Part shown: positions 36,038 through 38,264 of the stretch, piece after piece
Position numbering within the stretch: position 1 is the first letter of the stretch
Layout of the letters: every line of letters starts with the position of its first letter
The notes under the pieces: model-generated
Told to the model about the DNA's origin: nothing
What the model saw: only the letters and a program-made list of their open reading frames with translations
Database searches by the model: none
Made by a program: the position numbers and the translations under genes
Assembly (NCBI GenBank): GCA_036307325.1
Contig: JAXJXW010000034.1
Location: 1 to 38,264 of the forward strand
Length of the DNA stretch: 38,264 bases
Direction: 5' to 3'
Origin: Clostridia bacterium
GTDB lineage: Bacteria > Bacillota > Clostridia > UMGS1883

Positions 36038-38264
36038 TTATTGGATATTGGTTACTTCATATCCTTGATCGGTAACCGCCTTTGATAAAACAACATCCGG
36101 AATATCTTTATCCATTGTAACTGTAGCGGTTCCCGTTTTGTGGCTGACATTGGCAGAAGTTACACCATCAAGTGCCTCTAAGGCCTTCTTTGTGTGCATT
36201 TCGCAATGCTCACACATCATACCTGTAATTGTCAGTGTTTTTTTCATTGCTTTTGTCTCCTTTCGGAATTTTAATTTGTTATTTATTTTGTGATCCCTAT
36301 TGGAATCATAAATTTTACAGAAATTTAAGCGAAGGGCGTTTGTAACAACACAAAAGCTTGACAAGCTCATTGCTGCCGCACCAAACATGGGACTTAATTG
36401 CCAGCCGAGAATGTTAATAAATACACCTGCCGCCAAAGGAATGCCTATGGTGTTATAAATAAATGCCCAGAACAGATTTTCGTGAATGCTTTTAAGTGTT
36501 GCGCGGCTTAATCGTATGGCGGCAGGAATGTCTGACAGATTGCTTTTCATCAACACAACATCCGCCGCATCTATTGCAATATCACTGCCTGCACCTATGG
36601 CAATACCTATATCGGCACTTGTAAGGGCAGGGGCGTCATTTATTCCGTCACCTACCATGATGACATTTCCCTTTTGTTTAAGAGAGCGAATTACGCTTTC
36701 CTTGCCATCGGGGAGAACATCGGCAATAACCTCGTTAACGCCGGCTCTTTCTCCTATGGCTTTTGCCGTGCGTTCATTGTCACCGGTAAGCATAACTACA
36801 TGAATACCCATGCTCTGAAGCTCTTTTATTGCTTTTGGACTATCTTCTTTTATTATATCTGCCACCGCAATAATTCCCAAAAGCTCATCTTTATATGCGA
36901 AAAATAGCGGGGTTTTGCCCTTCATAGAAAGCTCCTCGGATTTACTCTTTATTTCATCCGGAACTTTTATTTTTTCACTTATAAATTTATAATTCCCCCC
37001 AAGCAGAGCTTCGCCATTGAGTGTTGCGGTGAGGCCGTTTCCGGGAAAAATTTTAAATTCGTCAACCTCTTGCGGTGTAACACCGCATTCCTCTGCCTTT
37101 TTGGTGATTGCCTGTGCCAAGGGATGCTCGCTCTTTTTTTCAAGGGAGCAGGCGAGGGATAAAAGCTCTGTTTCGCTTTTGCCGCCTATTGTTATTATGT
37201 CTGTAACCTGAGGCTTACCCACGGTTATTGTTCCTGTTTTATCAAGTGCTGCAATTTGTGCCTTGCCCGTTTTTTCTAAAGATACTGCCGTTTTGAAAAG
37301 TATTCCGTTTTTTGCACCCACTCCGTTTCCAACCATGATTGCAACGGGAGTTGCAAGACCCAGTGCACAGGGACAAGAGATTACAAGTACAGAAATTGCA
37401 TTGGTCAATGCAAAATCAAACGGCTTCCCCACTAGCAGCCACACTACCAGAGTAATCAAGGAAATACCCATAACAGCCGGTACAAAGATACCGGCAATTT
37501 TATCCGCAAGACGGGCAATCGGAGCTTTGGAACCACCGGCTTCCTCTACCAACCGAATTACTTGAGACAGTGTTGTATCCTCGCCGGTTTTCTCCACACG
37601 GATCTCCAAATAACCTTCCAGATTGATGGTAGCTGCAGCGACTGTGTCATCCGGGATCTTTTCAATAGGAACACTTTCACCGGTCAAGGCACTCTGATCC
37701 ACTGAGCCACGACCGGATATAACTGTACCATCCACAGGAATGTTCTCACCGGATCGAACTACAACAATTTCTCCAAGTCTTACATCCTCAATTGGAACCG
37801 TTACTTCATTACCATTTCTGCGCACACATGCCGTTTTCGGACTCAGATCCATCAATTTCCGTATTGCATCACCGGTCTTTCCCTTCGCCCTGGCCTCTAA
37901 AAACTTACCAATGGTTATTAATGTAAGAATCATCGCTGCAGATTCGAAATACAGATTCTTGCGATATAACTCCACGGTGTTCCAATCACCGTGCCCCATT
38001 GCATAACCGATTGAAAACAGCGCAAAAACACCATAGACAATTGATGCGCCAGAACCAACTGCAATCAACGAATCCATATTAGGCGCTTTATGATAGAGGG
38101 ATTTAAATCCTCTGGAGAAATAAGCGCGATTCAGAAATACCGGAGGAAGTGTGAGAAGGAACTGCAGTAGTGTTGCAACTAAAGCATTCTCTTTTCCCAT
38201 ATACCATCCGGGCATAGGAAGACCAATCATATGGCCCATAGTAAAATACATCAAAATCACAAGA
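36038..38264 (-). CDS. copA: Copper-translocating P1B-1-type ATPase, 5'-truncated by the window edge, with an in-frame C-terminal HMA (CopZ-like) domain
   Basis: Motifs TGES, TM6 SCPCALGLATP, DKTGTIT, SEHPLA and GDGINDAP, plus the TM7 YN and TM8 MSLSS Cu(I) signatures. The C-terminal 69 aa (36038-36247) form an HMA domain with GMMCEHC. The ORF is open to the window end, so the N-terminus is missing. Confidence 0.9.
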   Translation of the reverse strand, partial: LVILMYFTMGHMIGLPMPGWYMGKENALVATLLQFLLTLPPVFLNRAYFSRGFKSLYHKAPNMDSLIAVGSGASIVYGVFALFSIGYAMGHGDWNTVELYRKNLYFESAAMILTLITIGKFLEARAKGKTGDAIRKLMDLSPKTACVRRNGNEVTVPIEDVRLGEIVVVRSGENIPVDGTVISGRGSVDQSALTGESVPIEKIPDDTVAAATINLEGYLEIRVEKTGEDTTLSQVIRLVEEAGGSKAPIARLADKIAGIFVPAVMGISLITLVVWLLVGKPFDFALTNAISVLVISCPCALGLATPVAIMVGNGVGAKNGILFKTAVSLEKTGKAQIAALDKTGTITVGKPQVTDIITIGGKSETELLSLACSLEKKSEHPLAQAITKKAEECGVTPQEVDEFKIFPGNGLTATLNGEALLGGNYKFISEKIKVPDEIKSKSEELSMKGKTPLFFAYKDELLGIIAVADIIKEDSPKAIKELQSMGIHVVMLTGDNERTAKAIGERAGVNEVIADVLPDGKESVIRSLKQKGNVIMVGDGINDAPALTSADIGIAIGAGSDIAIDAADVVLMKSNLSDIPAAIRLSRATLKSIHENLFWAFIYNTIGIPLAAGVFINILGWQLSPMFGAAAMSLSSFCVVTNALRLNFCKIYDSNRDHKINNKLKFRKETKAMKKTLTITGMMCEHCEMHTKKALEALDGVTSANVSHKTGTATVTMDKDIPDVVLSKAVTDQGYEVTNIQ

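Noticed and set aside
1-38264. Scan for CRISPR arrays, tRNA or rRNA genes, IS elements, integrases and long direct or inverted repeats
   Set aside because: I found no repeat-spacer periodicity, cloverleaf-like conserved tRNA boxes, rRNA-like stretches or transposase/recombinase motifs by eye. A tRNAscan, Infernal and repeat-finder run would be needed to exclude them formally.

Overview
This 38.3-kb window comes from a spore-forming Firmicute, probably a Clostridia-type genome (spoIIR, SLH-domain wall proteins, asp23-fakA(yloV)-recG gene order). Positions 1-16.8 kb hold ordinary, tightly packed housekeeping genes: recG, fakA, an asp23-family gene, trmB, spoIIR, ispE, nfo, lepA, hemW, recX, rimO, pgsA, a NodB-type deacetylase, alr, radA and an SDR. 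At 17-20.3 kb an orphan Cys-rich protein sits divergent from a MarR-MarR-citrate synthase operon. At 20.4-25.9 kb there is a visibly AT-richer accessory block (class II Fic protein, rhodanese lipoprotein, a broken small ORF, an ArsC/Spx-family protein). It is followed by a Zn/Cd-type P1B-ATPase operon with a perfect 24-bp operator palindrome and an ArsR/SmtB regulator. The stand-out region is 25.9-35.9 kb: a sigmaA promoter, a cobalamin riboswitch and an intrinsic terminator lead into a five-gene operon. Its products are (i) a 1183-aa SLH-anchored protein combining an alpha/alpha-toroid with a DUF4430 (transcobalamin beta-like) domain, (ii) an SLH-anchored toroid-only paralogue, (iii) a membrane-anchored DUF4430-only protein, (iv) an EcfT/CbiQ component and (v) an EcfA-EcfA'-S-component triple fusion. 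I interpret this as a Gram-positive, cell-wall-anchored, transcobalamin-like corrinoid capture system feeding a dedicated ECF importer. The window ends inside a convergent Cu-type P1B ATPase that carries an in-frame C-terminal CopZ-like domain. I saw no rRNA, tRNA, CRISPR, transposase or integrase. All family calls rest on motif recognition by eye; no searches were run.
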